In this document: positions 36,189 to 46,233 of the stretch, in pieces
Numbering within the stretch: the stretch's first letter is position 1
Layout: every line of letters begins with the position of its first letter
Source of the DNA: a virus
Virus record (IMG/VR): IMGVR_UViG_3300037137_001027
Location: 64,001 to 128,000 of that record
Direction: 5' to 3' (one strand)
Length of the DNA stretch: 64,000 nucleotides
The notes under the pieces: generated by a model
Database searches by the model: none
Told to the model about the DNA's origin: nothing
What the model saw: the letters and a program-made list of their open reading frames with translations, nothing else
Translations under genes and position numbers: made by a program

Positions 36189-36514
36189 TAGACACTCACA
36201 GCAGCTAGACTTTGCTTAGTTAAGAGGGCTGGATAGTCACCACTATCGAACTTTTCAATGAATTTAGAGACTGCCGATGGGTAGGCAACGACATGATCTT
36301 CACCTTTATAGGTGAATTCTAGTTCTGACGTTACAGAAAGTCCCTTCAAATTCTTGAATTGTTTTCTGATGACTTTAGCGATTGGACAATTATTACCATC
36401 AGCCAGTACGCCCTTGATTTTCAATGCAGTAAGATTTTCTGCAATCTTATTGGGGCCAGAACCTAGTGTCTTCAAGAAAGTTACAATTTCTTTGTCAATT
36501 TGTGTTGCAGCCAT
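36188..36514 (-). CDS. hypothetical protein
   Basis: NNCPIA...FIEKFDSGDYPAL. Confidence 0.72.
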   Translation of the reverse strand: MAATQIDKEIVTFLKTLGSGPNKIAENLTALKIKGVLADGNNCPIAKVIRKQFKNLKGLSVTSELEFTYKGEDHVVAYPSAVSKFIEKFDSGDYPALLTKQSLAAVSV

Positions 36515-36926
36515 GTTTCACGTCCTTTTTCCATTTACAGTAGGTTAATAGTGAAGATACAATCAATCCAAACAGGATCATACCACCGAATATCCAATCA
36601 TGGTAGAGAAATTGAGTCTTTTTGTCAACAAAAAAATCTATGGTTAGTGCGACAAGGAAAGCGAAGCCAAACCAATACAAAAAGAACGATCTGAAAAGGT
36701 CTGCTCTTTTTTCTTTCCTGTTACGTTCGGTCTGTGCTTGTTCCGTCTGGCCTGTAAGTTCGTCTAGCTTATCAGCCAGTAATCTGACTTCATTAATCAG
36801 GAAAGTAGTTTCTTTTACATGGTGGTTGTCCAAGTCTTTATAACGATCTTCCCAGGACTTGGATTCGTCCTCGGTATATCGTTTAACTTTGATCCACTTA
36901 TAATCGGCATAGTGTTCTTTGTTCAT
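36495..36926 (-). CDS. membrane protein
   Basis: MNKEHY start; two C-terminal TM segments. Confidence 0.65.
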   Translation of the reverse strand: MNKEHYADYKWIKVKRYTEDESKSWEDRYKDLDNHHVKETTFLINEVRLLADKLDELTGQTEQAQTERNRKEKRADLFRSFFLYWFGFAFLVALTIDFFVDKKTQFLYHDWIFGGMILFGLIVSSLLTYCKWKKDVKHGCNTN

Positions 36927-37261
36927 AGGATAAAAGCGAAAAAGATAAATGTTAAAGCTAGAAATATCACACAAAGACGCCAGATGGTTCCCCACCATCC
37001 TAAAGCCAAGCCGTTTGGATGGTCTATTTGCCATTCACAATAATCCATTGAACGTTCTCGTTCCATCCAACCATAGTCTATAAACTCTGTTAATTTGCCG
37101 TTAATATACAATTTAGTAGGATTTCCGTTTGGATCAAGAGAGGCATCTATTTCTGCCCAATTACCATTTTTCTCATATCGCAGGACATTACGGATTTCAT
37201 CTAACTTCCATTTGGTTACAGGGTCTTTATTAGTATATCGCGTGCTTAGATAGTCTTTCAT
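36923..37261 (-). CDS. membrane-anchored hypothetical protein
   Basis: C-terminal TM; GGAG RBS. Confidence 0.65.
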   Translation of the reverse strand: MKDYLSTRYTNKDPVTKWKLDEIRNVLRYEKNGNWAEIDASLDPNGNPTKLYINGKLTEFIDYGWMERERSMDYCEWQIDHPNGLALGWWGTIWRLCVIFLALTFIFFAFIL

Positions 37262-37724
37262 TTCGACATACTCCTTTGTTGGTTTACCAGGAACCCCAAG
37301 ATCAAAAAGCCACAGCCATTAGGTAATATAAGTCCAGATTTCCCTGGAAGTGCAAAGCCAATTACCTAACTGAATTCCCAGCCTTACTATAACATTTCGG
37401 ACAAAGTGTGACATACCTCTGCATGAGTGCAAGTTGCGATTCCTTCATCCTTTTTAAGTTTCTTGTCGCACCAAGAACACTTCTTTTTAGGATGGCCCTC
37501 GCCAACACCCGCAGATACTATTTTAATTTTCATGGTGGCACGGATTCCCAATAAGGTTTCATCGTGGTTTAATGAGTTCTTGTACTTTATAATGGTATTC
37601 GTATTCTGCCTTTTGACAACAGACGCCGCCTATTACTAATGCAATACCTAGAATGGTTGCACAAATAATAAAAATGATGGTTGTAGTTTTATCGTTAGTT
37701 AGTCTATCCCATATGTCTGCCATT

Positions 37725-37931
37725 TTATTCTGCCTTCTTCCTTCCCCAAACGTCGTGTTTCCACTCGTAATAGACGATCCACAAACCACCTAATACACCG
37801 CAAGCGATAGCGGTTTTATCGGCCACGTCTTTATCAAATATGGCAACGATGCTACAGATGATTAGTGTTGGGGCTAGCACAATCAAGTATAGCTTTAGGG
37901 TTCGTTTCAGGTCTATCCAGAATTTACGCAT
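37725..37931 (-). CDS. small 2-TM membrane protein
   Basis: Two hydrophobic segments. Confidence 0.65.
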   Translation of the reverse strand: MRKFWIDLKRTLKLYLIVLAPTLIICSIVAIFDKDVADKTAIACGVLGGLWIVYYEWKHDVWGRKKAE

Positions 37932-38359
37932 AGATTATGGCCGCGCCTGTCTATTTAAATCAAAATATTGCTTGGCAACGTCGGGGTAAATTTTGGTAAG
38001 TACCTTTAGCACCCGTAGTTCAGCGGCAGCATATTCTCCACCTTCTGGTCTGCCTTCGATAGCGTGGTTATTTTCGATGAGGCTACTCATGCCTTCGAAA
38101 GAGGCCACACTAAAGGCACCTAAAATAACATGCGCCATATCACGATCAATAGGAATAGTAATGTCCATTAGTTGCTCCTTATTAGTACCCTTCAAATTCA
38201 GGCAACAAATCATATTCTTCTTGTGTCATTTCTTTAAGAATGATCTTAACTTCTTTGACACCATCAACTAAGTGCATTTTTACTTCTTCTAAAGCTTCAT
38301 CTATATTGTCAAAAGAACAAGCGGCGAAGTCTTTAGGTTTTACATAATAAACGTCCATT

Positions 38360-38944
38360 TCAATCCTTAAATTTATTATATCTAAAGTTATTGCTCCAGA
38401 TATCGTTCACTACATAATCGAGTTGGTTTCCTTCAATGATGCCTTGTCCTTGATTTCCATTGGAAATTCTTGGAGCGCCGTTGAAGTCTGCTGTTTGTCC
38501 AACTATACCATGTGGTCGAACATTTCCATTATATATAATGGCGTCAAACTTAAAAAAATAAGGCAACATTACGCTGCAATTTTTATTTCTAACGATATTA
38601 AAGCAGTATTTAACTGCATTGATAAGGAGGCTATTAACAGGAGTATTGCCATTTTCGGTAGCTGAGATTAAGGGTTTTATTTCGACAAAAGAATGATAAG
38701 CTTGATTATCAACAGTGATATAAGAACGATGATGAAGTTTCTGACCATTGATTTCTGGCTTACCATCTTGTGCTGACCATTTTATTTTTGAATTACCAAT
38801 TTTGATGCCGATTTCGTCTATTCTTTTATGCGAGTTGAAGTGTGCATTTACCTGGATGTTTTCATCTGTTAGAAGATTGAAAAATTTATTTGGGATTCCA
38901 TCAAATTGAAACTCTTCCCCTTCGAACCCGCTAAAAATCGGCAT
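38360..38944 (-). CDS. VWD/root-cap-like domain protein
   Basis: PIFSGFEGEEFQFDG...NLLTDENIQVNAHF and PHGIVGQT...IEGNQLDY. Confidence 0.45.
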   Translation of the reverse strand: MPIFSGFEGEEFQFDGIPNKFFNLLTDENIQVNAHFNSHKRIDEIGIKIGNSKIKWSAQDGKPEINGQKLHHRSYITVDNQAYHSFVEIKPLISATENGNTPVNSLLINAVKYCFNIVRNKNCSVMLPYFFKFDAIIYNGNVRPHGIVGQTADFNGAPRISNGNQGQGIIEGNQLDYVVNDIWSNNFRYNKFKD

Positions 38945-38946
38945 AG

Positions 38947-39267
38947 TTACTCCAGGTGGTCTTCAGTAATCCAAAATCTATTATCAGTAGTTCTTATTTC
39001 ATATAAAACACCAATTGATGATAACTGTCTATTTACTATTTCGCCTTCCACATTTTGTGGTTTAACCAAAACTTTTTGGCAAACTTTAAAAGTAAAGTCA
39101 CCTTTGTACTCTACAGGTTCAACGTTAGCCATTGGGCATGGGTCAGTATCGTTCTTACGGGCGGGATTAGAACACTGGCCACAGGAGTAATGTTTACAGT
39201 TTGGGCAATAGATTTTTATTTGCCAATCTGAGATAATTGGCAATTCATCCATTTTGGGGCAACGCAT
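38947..39267 (-). CDS. hypothetical protein
   Basis: Cys cluster then SH3/KOW-like C-terminus. Confidence 0.65.
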   Translation of the reverse strand: MRCPKMDELPIISDWQIKIYCPNCKHYSCGQCSNPARKNDTDPCPMANVEPVEYKGDFTFKVCQKVLVKPQNVEGEIVNRQLSSIGVLYEIRTTDNRFWITEDHLE

Positions 39268-39276
39268 AAAAACTCC

Positions 39277-39516
39277 TTACTGGTCTGATTTATACCGACC
39301 CAACTGGTCACTCTGTTCTAGGATTTCCATTGTTGACATACACCAATCGTCTTCGCTATTGCTATCAAAGCCAATTTCGCTTACAATAGTAATACTACTT
39401 AAACTTGGCACTGGATTACTTTCTAATGTTCTAAAGGCTTCTATAGCTGCATTGGTGGGGGTTTTTTCGTCAATTATTTTACGAAAGTCACCAGCATCTA
39501 CATAATATTTTGGCAT
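39277..39516 (-). CDS. hypothetical protein
   Basis: MPKYYVDAG; GGAG RBS. Confidence 0.7.
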   Translation of the reverse strand: MPKYYVDAGDFRKIIDEKTPTNAAIEAFRTLESNPVPSLSSITIVSEIGFDSNSEDDWCMSTMEILEQSDQLGRYKSDQ

Positions 39517-39576
39517 CTTTTTCTCCGCTTTTTGACAGGCATTTATATCCTATCACAAATCAACAGGTAAAGCAAA

Positions 39577-39804
39577 TTATTCATTGTCGGATTCAGCCAA
39601 TTGCTGGAAATGGGCTACTGCATCTTCCAAGAGGTCGGCCACCTGTTGATTGGTCAATTTGGAATAAGTAATATCCCAATTTTGATGGATCGTAACACTA
39701 CAATTTTTTACTTCTTTATGAGAGCGAAGAATGATGCCTGCAAAGGTTGTACGTTTGGCGATTTCATCAACAAGTTCTTCGGTTGTATAAAACTCAAGTT
39801 CCAT
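39577..39804 (-). CDS. hypothetical protein
   Basis: AAGGAG RBS. Confidence 0.7.
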   Translation of the reverse strand: MELEFYTTEELVDEIAKRTTFAGIILRSHKEVKNCSVTIHQNWDITYSKLTNQQVADLLEDAVAHFQQLAESDNE

Positions 39805-39813
39805 TTTAACTCC

Positions 39814-40425
39814 TTAACCAAATTTGTAATCTACAGATATTTTAACATTAAAACTAGGTACAGCGATATGGTTACACAGATTATGTTTTTTGGCTTCCTT
39901 TGCTGTAAGATACCAGTCTGCGTGGCCTCTTTCGTGGATTATATCCAAGAAAAAGTGCTTGGATTTACCGCAATTTTTTGACAGAAGTTCAAAGATATAG
40001 GTATTTAAACGATCCGTTTCATCAACATCTGCTTTCAAATCCTCTACTTTACCAAATTGAAAACTTGAAACCTCATGGATCATCAACGTAGCATGAGGGG
40101 CCATATATCGCAAGCCATCATTGCCTAGTCCAAAAAGAATTGCACCTGCGGAAAAAGCTTTGGATTCAACGATGGTAGCTACGGGCAATTGTACATTTTG
40201 AAGTTCTGCGATCATGCCTAAGACAGAATAAACTTGCCCGCCATAGGAATCTACAACTATGGGAATAATTGGCTGGCCTGTCTCATGGGCTTTATTTAAG
40301 TCTTCTGAGAACTTATCAGTGCTTTCTTCATTGAATTTCTTAAGTCTAATAACGATAGGTTGTTCAATTAAATCTGCTAAATTCTTAACTTTGATGCGTG
40401 GATCAACTTCGATTTTCTTGAGCAT
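39814..40425 (-). CDS. clpP: ClpP-like serine protease (S14)
   Basis: VDSYGGQV, catalytic Ser in AFSAG, His in LMIHE, Asp in ADWYLTAKEAK. Confidence 0.88.
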   Translation of the reverse strand: MLKKIEVDPRIKVKNLADLIEQPIVIRLKKFNEESTDKFSEDLNKAHETGQPIIPIVVDSYGGQVYSVLGMIAELQNVQLPVATIVESKAFSAGAILFGLGNDGLRYMAPHATLMIHEVSSFQFGKVEDLKADVDETDRLNTYIFELLSKNCGKSKHFFLDIIHERGHADWYLTAKEAKKHNLCNHIAVPSFNVKISVDYKFG

Positions 40426-41029
40426 TAATATCCTTTGCTAGCCATATAAGCCTGTTTTGATGTATATAGGTTATACTACAATTAACAACGAAATTCAACT
40501 GTTCTTTTATCAGGTGAGTAAGTGCAAGAATCTTTTGGATAAAATCAGTATGGGTAATTAGAACCGATCTAGGCGGAAGAATATCTAGTGTTTCTGTGAT
40601 ACGATTTTCAAAATCGTGGTAATCTTCGAATGGTGTTCGCTTACAAAGATGGTTGTCAGCTTCAAACGAGATAGAACATATTTCCCTGATTATTGCAGAA
40701 GTTTGTTTACATCTTAGATAAGGACTAGAAAAACCAACATAACCAGCAAGATGAAGTTCCCTTAAGAACTCTGCTGCACGAAATGCTTGCGCACGTCCGC
40801 TTGATGTAATTGAACCATCCTCTACCCGAAGATCACTTTGAGCATGTCGTAAGATGATAATATCTTTGAGATAGATCGTCTCATCTTCGGTGACGAACTT
40901 ATTATGTTCGTTATCAAGGAAGCCACTTAGGAGTTCACCGTTCTTTTCCTGGTCGCTGAGCTTGGAAAACGCATCTCCATGATGCGAACCAGTAACAACC
41001 TTGTCCCCGATAAAAAGTGCTGGCACCAT
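40403..41029 (-). CDS. histidine phosphatase superfamily protein
   Basis: ILRHAQS, SSPYLRCKQT, LITH. Confidence 0.82.
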   Translation of the reverse strand: MVPALFIGDKVVTGSHHGDAFSKLSDQEKNGELLSGFLDNEHNKFVTEDETIYLKDIIILRHAQSDLRVEDGSITSSGRAQAFRAAEFLRELHLAGYVGFSSPYLRCKQTSAIIREICSISFEADNHLCKRTPFEDYHDFENRITETLDILPPRSVLITHTDFIQKILALTHLIKEQLNFVVNCSITYIHQNRLIWLAKDINAQENRS

Positions 41030-41105
41030 CCTTCACTCCCTGGTTTATATTTACTTTGAGCAAAAAAATTTGATGGCATTCATTCGGTAAATATTTTACG
41101 CTATT

Positions 41106-41420
41106 CTAGTCATTGTTCACGAATCTTCCAAGAAATAATCGGTAAACTTTGCTATAAGCTCTGCCCCAATTTGGCCCATGAATATCTGCGTCCTTATCCC
41201 AAGCCACAGCATGGGCGACTTCGTGTATTAGCACATCAATGGAGTAGTTCTCATTAAGATTTGAATTAACCTTTATCATAAATTTGTCATTCTTTTTTTC
41301 ACATAGTCCATCATAGCCTTCGCGTATCTTTACACGCCTTACACTAATAGATTCATCCACTAAATTAGAGTTCTTAAAGAAACTAGCTACTTCTCGGAAG
41401 TAATCATATGCCATAGTCAC
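41106..41420 (-). CDS. small HExxH metallopeptidase-like protein
   Basis: LIHEVAHA...HGPNWG. Confidence 0.7.
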   Translation of the reverse strand: MTMAYDYFREVASFFKNSNLVDESISVRRVKIREGYDGLCEKKNDKFMIKVNSNLNENYSIDVLIHEVAHAVAWDKDADIHGPNWGRAYSKVYRLFLGRFVNND

Positions 41421-41483
41421 CCCGAAAACAAAAGATTATAGCTATCTAGTTTTTGTTTATAGGAAAATATATAAGTTAGGATT

Positions 41484-42479
41484 TTGCAAGGAGGCAGAGT
41501 GCAGTATGCTGGTATTTCCGTAGTCAAAAATGAAGCAGATATTATAGAAGTCTTTATAAGACATAACCTTAAGTATCTAAACAAGTTATACATTGTTGAA
41601 CACAATAGCCAGGACAATACGCCTGAAATCATTAATAGCCTAAAAACAGAAGGTTATAACATAGAAATTTATACCAATCAGTCGTCTAGACATATACAGG
41701 CAGAAGAATTTAATAATCTAATAAGAAAAACTGATGCCGACTTCATTACTTTCCTTGATGCCGACGAGTTCATTATTTCACTAGATTTCACAAAAGAATT
41801 GGCTAAATTGCCTACGGATGTAGTTTCGTTTTTAACCTGGCACAACTATATGCCACAAACTACAGATGACAAGACCGAGATAAACGTTCTTAAAAGGATT
41901 CAGCACAAGCTTTATCCAGTCGATACCAACCAGCACAAGGCGATTATACCTAAATCAATTTATTCAAGACCAGATAGCTTTGTATTGCTGGGCGGTCACG
42001 AAATATACTATAAGAACGAAGAACTCGTTCCTGCACCTTACCAAGTGATTTCTTCAATCCACCTGGCACATTTCCCTATCAGAAGCCTCAACCAAATCAA
42101 GGTTAAAGCATTTGCTAATTGGCTCGCCAAACTAGCCGACCCGCTCCATCAATCAGGAAGATTGCATGATGGTAAAATTCCAACCTGGCATCATTGGAAA
42201 GTATTATTTGATTTATTCAAGAATAATCCCGCGATTACTGAAGCTGAAGCTGTGGAAGCTGTAACCACTGTTTACATGAAGTATTCTAAATTAAAAGGCG
42301 AGTTAAAGTTAGTGGTAGACCCTGTTGTTAACGAAGATGAAATTCGTTATCAAATCAAGGAGCTTACGCCTTTATTGGCGTTAGCGAACACTGCTGAGCA
42401 GCAAGTAGTTATGTTGCAGAAAGCGAACAAGTTTATTTTGAATTTGCTAAACGAGGTTAAGACTTTGGACGCAATTTAG
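41484..42479 (+). CDS. glycosyltransferase family 2
   Basis: VVKNEADIIEVFIRHN, FLDADEF, HLAHFPIRS. Confidence 0.85.
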   Translation: MQGGRVQYAGISVVKNEADIIEVFIRHNLKYLNKLYIVEHNSQDNTPEIINSLKTEGYNIEIYTNQSSRHIQAEEFNNLIRKTDADFITFLDADEFIISLDFTKELAKLPTDVVSFLTWHNYMPQTTDDKTEINVLKRIQHKLYPVDTNQHKAIIPKSIYSRPDSFVLLGGHEIYYKNEELVPAPYQVISSIHLAHFPIRSLNQIKVKAFANWLAKLADPLHQSGRLHDGKIPTWHHWKVLFDLFKNNPAITEAEAVEAVTTVYMKYSKLKGELKLVVDPVVNEDEIRYQIKELTPLLALANTAEQQVVMLQKANKFILNLLNEVKTLDAI

Positions 42480-43272
42480 TCAATAGTTCGCCAATGGTGA
42501 TTAAAGGGGATGGTTTTTCGAAGCGGTCAATTTCCGCAGGACACATCTCGCAAATAGATTCGTGTTTTCTGGAAATAAAATTATCAAGTTCTTCATCAGT
42601 TGCCGTATGTTCTAAAGGCTTATATTCTAGGTAATGGTCCCATTTAGGTGAAATGTCGGGCCAACGTTTCTTTTGCAGTTGAAGATAAGCAATCATTGGA
42701 CACTTATAGATTTTACCATCTAGTATTTGCAAACAGTATTTACAGGGGCAGATTTTCCAACTATCTTCGGGGCGATTATCTTCATAGGGCAAAACATCTG
42801 GTCCAAAGCCCTTATAACGGCGTGTCCAATTTTTGCCATCCCTGATACTAAAAGTAATTTCGTTATCATGTAGAAAACTTATAACTTTGTTCCACTGTTG
42901 ATTAAACTCATTTGATTCACCATGTTTAGTAATAATTAGGTTAATTTTTAGTTCCTTGAGAAGTGGTCCCAGGTTTGGAAATTTGGGAAGTAGGAAGCCA
43001 TTAGTAATGAGTTCAATATTACATTTCCAATGGTTCCGAGCAATCCGAACAAATTCTTCAATTCTAGGGTTAAGTAAGGGTTCACCACCCAATATACAAA
43101 ATGTTTTGGGGTTTAATCTCTTGCTCCACAAGCCCATTTGGTGGTCAGCGTCTTCTGGAGTAATAAAACCTTTATGACCATTGTTAGAGAAGTGGCTACA
43201 GCTTTCGCATGTGAAGTTACATGCATGAGAAGCATGAATTTCTAGTTTAATAATGTCTTTCAAGGAACTCAT
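42457..43272 (-). CDS. radical SAM protein with SPASM-like tail
   Basis: CNFTCESCSH, GGEPLL, ITNGFLL, GKIYKCP, CEMCP. Confidence 0.88.
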   Translation of the reverse strand: MSSLKDIIKLEIHASHACNFTCESCSHFSNNGHKGFITPEDADHQMGLWSKRLNPKTFCILGGEPLLNPRIEEFVRIARNHWKCNIELITNGFLLPKFPNLGPLLKELKINLIITKHGESNEFNQQWNKVISFLHDNEITFSIRDGKNWTRRYKGFGPDVLPYEDNRPEDSWKICPCKYCLQILDGKIYKCPMIAYLQLQKKRWPDISPKWDHYLEYKPLEHTATDEELDNFISRKHESICEMCPAEIDRFEKPSPLITIGELLTKLRPKS

Positions 43273-43666
43273 AGGTTGTAGTCTCTGTGCTGACGAACAT
43301 CATGAATCACAACCGATTGCAAATTAGGCCATTTTGCTCTTAGGGTTTTACCAAGTTGCACGAAAGCAGGAATGTGTTCTTCCCTATCATCGAAAATTTC
43401 TACCATTTGCACTTCTTGATTTATAAGGCGGTTTAGGATTACAAATTCTTTATAGTCATAGGTATCACCTTTATGTGGGTAGTTTGGGTGTTGGGTAAGG
43501 TCTTTTTGCCCACGAAAGAAGTATTCGTCTGGATGGATTCCGTACTTGTTCAATATTTCTTTGACTTGATTTTCAAATTTAGCTATACGGCCTGTCATTA
43601 CTACAACACAATTCTTTTGATACCAGGAGATACTGCCTCAACAAATTTTCTGAATTTTAGTTGCAA
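43269..43666 (-). pseudogene. HAD-family (Swiss-army-knife RNA-repair-like) phosphatase, apparently internally deleted and frameshifted
   Basis: TTG-start MQLKFRKFVEAVSPGIKRIVL* joins out of frame to VVVMTGR...IFDDREEH; the DxDxT motif is missing. Confidence 0.5.
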
Positions 43667-43668
43667 TA

Positions 43669-45309
43669 TTACTCCTCGGTATCATCGCCATGATCTTCGT
43701 CGTGGTTGTAATGATCGTCATGATCTTCTTCTTCATGATCGTCATGATCTTCTTCTTCATGATCTTCGCCACCAGATAGGGCTTCATCTTTTGAACTAAG
43801 TCTCTTGCGGAACTTGTCGGTTTCTAGCCATTTAATTGCGTCTGAGAATTCTGAACCTTGTGGAGTACGACCACCGAAAAGTTTGGCAATTGATGGGTTA
43901 ATACTTTTCTTACCTTTTTCATCGGAAACAAAACCTTTAGTGTCAAGTTCATGATTTAGGAAGTGATGCAGAACATCTTCTGGTTGCTTGTTCATGCTGC
44001 CCCATTGTTTTACTAAACTTGGCACCATGCCAGTCTTATGAAAATTCTTCTTCATGTCGAAGAACTTATCCAAGAACAGTTTTGGATTCTTGCCATGTTC
44101 ACTCATCCATTTTGAGAATTCAATAAGTGTAACAATATCACGCACTTCGTCATCTGACCAAGCGCCCTGGTGGAGCATTTTCTCTACTTTAGCAGGTGGA
44201 TTAGCTCTTAGCAACCATGCAATTGCCAATCGCTTTTCTTTTTTATCAGAGAAGTCTTCGGCTGAGTCAAGTTTGAAAGTCATATCAGGGAACACGGTAT
44301 CTAATAGACCCATTTCCTTATACATTTTAACATATTGGACAGGATCGGTGTCTGGATGTTGTAAGCCTTTAAGGAATTCTTCTTTAATCTTTTCACGGCT
44401 AATTGATGGTAAATCTTTGATATCTTTGATAGCAGACTTAACATCGTCGCCAATCTTGGTATTTTTGCCGTGTGAAGCGACCTGGCGCACATATCTCAAT
44501 ACGCGGCCTTGATCTTCTCCAAGTCTTTCTTTCGGGTTGCCTACGAATTCAATTTCACCACGGCGCAAGTGATGTGCGCCACCGTGCGGATCGACAAGTT
44601 TAGCATTAGCCCCGTCAGCACTTGTCAAAGGAATGTACATAGCATTAACAGTAAAGTCTCTTCTGGCTGCATCGTCATCCAAAGTACCGAACTCCATGCT
44701 GTCTGGAGTCTTGCCGTCACCGCTGCCTTTGGAACCTTTTCTAAATGTGGCTATTTCGAATTCTTCTCCATTGACTCTGGCGTTAAATACATATTCTTTT
44801 CCACCACGATCCCAGCCCTTTGCGTGGAAAACCTTGTTCTTTTGTCCTGCTTCTGGATGCTTGTCATATTTGGTGGTTTGTGACTTACCATCGCCTTGTG
44901 GTTTAACTTCAGTAAATCCAGCGCTTCTCAGGATTAAACGAATTTCATCTGGTCCTGCATCCGTTACTAAATTGTAGTCTCTAGGAGTTTTGCCCAAGAG
45001 GTGGTCACGGACTGCGCCACCAGTAAGATACAATCCCTTCTTCTTTAGACGTGGGGAGGTTTCACCTTTTGCTGGGTCAATGGTGGTTAACTTTTGCGGA
45101 TAACCGTCAGGACCAGGCAGGGAAACCTTATCACTATCTAAGAAAGCTTTAGCAATAACCCTTAAATTAGGGTGATTTTCACCATCAATAACAAATGGCT
45201 TGAAGTCTGTATCATCAGCCAGTTTGACTTCTGAAGATGCCTTCTTAGCTTCTGTATTCTCTTTCAATCCAACAAATTCTAAAAATGTTTTTCTCATATA
45301 CCTGCTCAC
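43669..45309 (-). CDS. CCA-adding enzyme / poly(A) polymerase-family nucleotidyltransferase
   Basis: LTGGAVRDHLLG, PRDYNLVT, EIATFR, DAARRDFTVNAM, EDQGRVLR, ISREKIKEEF. Confidence 0.85.
   Translation of the reverse strand: MSRYMRKTFLEFVGLKENTEAKKASSEVKLADDTDFKPFVIDGENHPNLRVIAKAFLDSDKVSLPGPDGYPQKLTTIDPAKGETSPRLKKKGLYLTGGAVRDHLLGKTPRDYNLVTDAGPDEIRLILRSAGFTEVKPQGDGKSQTTKYDKHPEAGQKNKVFHAKGWDRGGKEYVFNARVNGEEFEIATFRKGSKGSGDGKTPDSMEFGTLDDDAARRDFTVNAMYIPLTSADGANAKLVDPHGGAHHLRRGEIEFVGNPKERLGEDQGRVLRYVRQVASHGKNTKIGDDVKSAIKDIKDLPSISREKIKEEFLKGLQHPDTDPVQYVKMYKEMGLLDTVFPDMTFKLDSAEDFSDKKEKRLAIAWLLRANPPAKVEKMLHQGAWSDDEVRDIVTLIEFSKWMSEHGKNPKLFLDKFFDMKKNFHKTGMVPSLVKQWGSMNKQPEDVLHHFLNHELDTKGFVSDEKGKKSINPSIAKLFGGRTPQGSEFSDAIKWLETDKFRKRLSSKDEALSGGEDHEEEDHDDHEEEDHDDHYNHDEDHGDDTEE
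43711..43758 (-). repeat. 24-bp tandem repeat encoding EEEDHDDH twice
   Basis: ATGATCGTCATGATCTTCTTCTTC x2. Confidence 0.85.
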
Positions 45310-45321
45310 CTATTATTATAT

Positions 45322-45723
45322 TTACGGCTTAAGGCCCAATTTCCACAAAATTATACTGCCAATTACTACCACACCAACCTTGAAAATAAAATCAACGATA
45401 CTAGACCACTTATTATTTGTTTGCATCATCTCTTTCTCGACATGAACTAATCGTTCTGAAAGATGCTCAATCTTACCATCTATTATATTAACGTCGTTCT
45501 TAAGATCAGTGATTAATTGTGTGCCATTTTTGTTTTCTAGTATAGCAATACGATTTATTAAAGTCATCTGATTTTCATAGAGCTTCTCGATTCTATCCTT
45601 AGACTCGTTGTTGCTCTCGATAAGCACTTTCATCCTCTCGTCAATACGAGCGGTCATTTCGAAAACAAGTTTCAGGGAATCATTAACTTCTTTAAATTTT
45701 TCTTCCATAGATATCCTTGCCAT
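45322..45723 (-). CDS. coiled-coil protein with C-terminal TM helix
   Basis: Heptad pattern followed by FIFKVGVVVIGSIILW. Confidence 0.7.
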   Translation of the reverse strand: MARISMEEKFKEVNDSLKLVFEMTARIDERMKVLIESNNESKDRIEKLYENQMTLINRIAILENKNGTQLITDLKNDVNIIDGKIEHLSERLVHVEKEMMQTNNKWSSIVDFIFKVGVVVIGSIILWKLGLKP

Positions 45724-45762
45724 ATATAGTTTTAATAAGCTTACAAAATAGATGTACCTGCC

Positions 45763-45769
45763 ATAAATA
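45763..45769 (+). promoter_or_regulatory. T4-late-like promoter ATA(A/G)ATA, 5 nt before ATG (also at 34671, 48676, 50110)
   Basis: Identical spacing at four SD-less starts. Confidence 0.6.
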
Positions 45770-45774
45770 ATTAT

Positions 45775-46233
45775 ATGGACGATAAAGAATTGGAAAATTT
45801 AATTCCCCAAATGAATGTAAATATTCCAGCACAACCCCAAGAAGAAGAGAAGGCTCTTATTCCTGACGAAGTATGGATGGGCTGGTGTAATGAGGTCATG
45901 AATAATTTACGCCAGGAGCGACAAGAAGTAGATGAAGTTAAGCATAATTTTATAGAAATGGTTATTAACGAAGGTGATTCTACCAGTGCAAGTAAGGAGG
46001 CATTGACTAAACTCTTTGAGATTAAAGCAGGAATTTCTGAGAAAATGACTAAAGTTCTCGATTTGGCAACTAGAGTTAAATTGAAAGAACGAGATACGTT
46101 CCCTAGATACTTAGCAGCGCACCAGAACAATACTATAAACTTGGGTGATAGTTCTGCCAAGAGGGAGCTAATCAAGCAAATTAATAAGATTCAAAAGCAA
46201 AAGGAAGCAAATGACGGACAGAATAAATCTTGA
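45775..46233 (+). CDS. hypothetical protein
   Basis: ORF behind a late-type promoter. Confidence 0.75.
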   Translation: MDDKELENLIPQMNVNIPAQPQEEEKALIPDEVWMGWCNEVMNNLRQERQEVDEVKHNFIEMVINEGDSTSASKEALTKLFEIKAGISEKMTKVLDLATRVKLKERDTFPRYLAAHQNNTINLGDSSAKRELIKQINKIQKQKEANDGQNKS

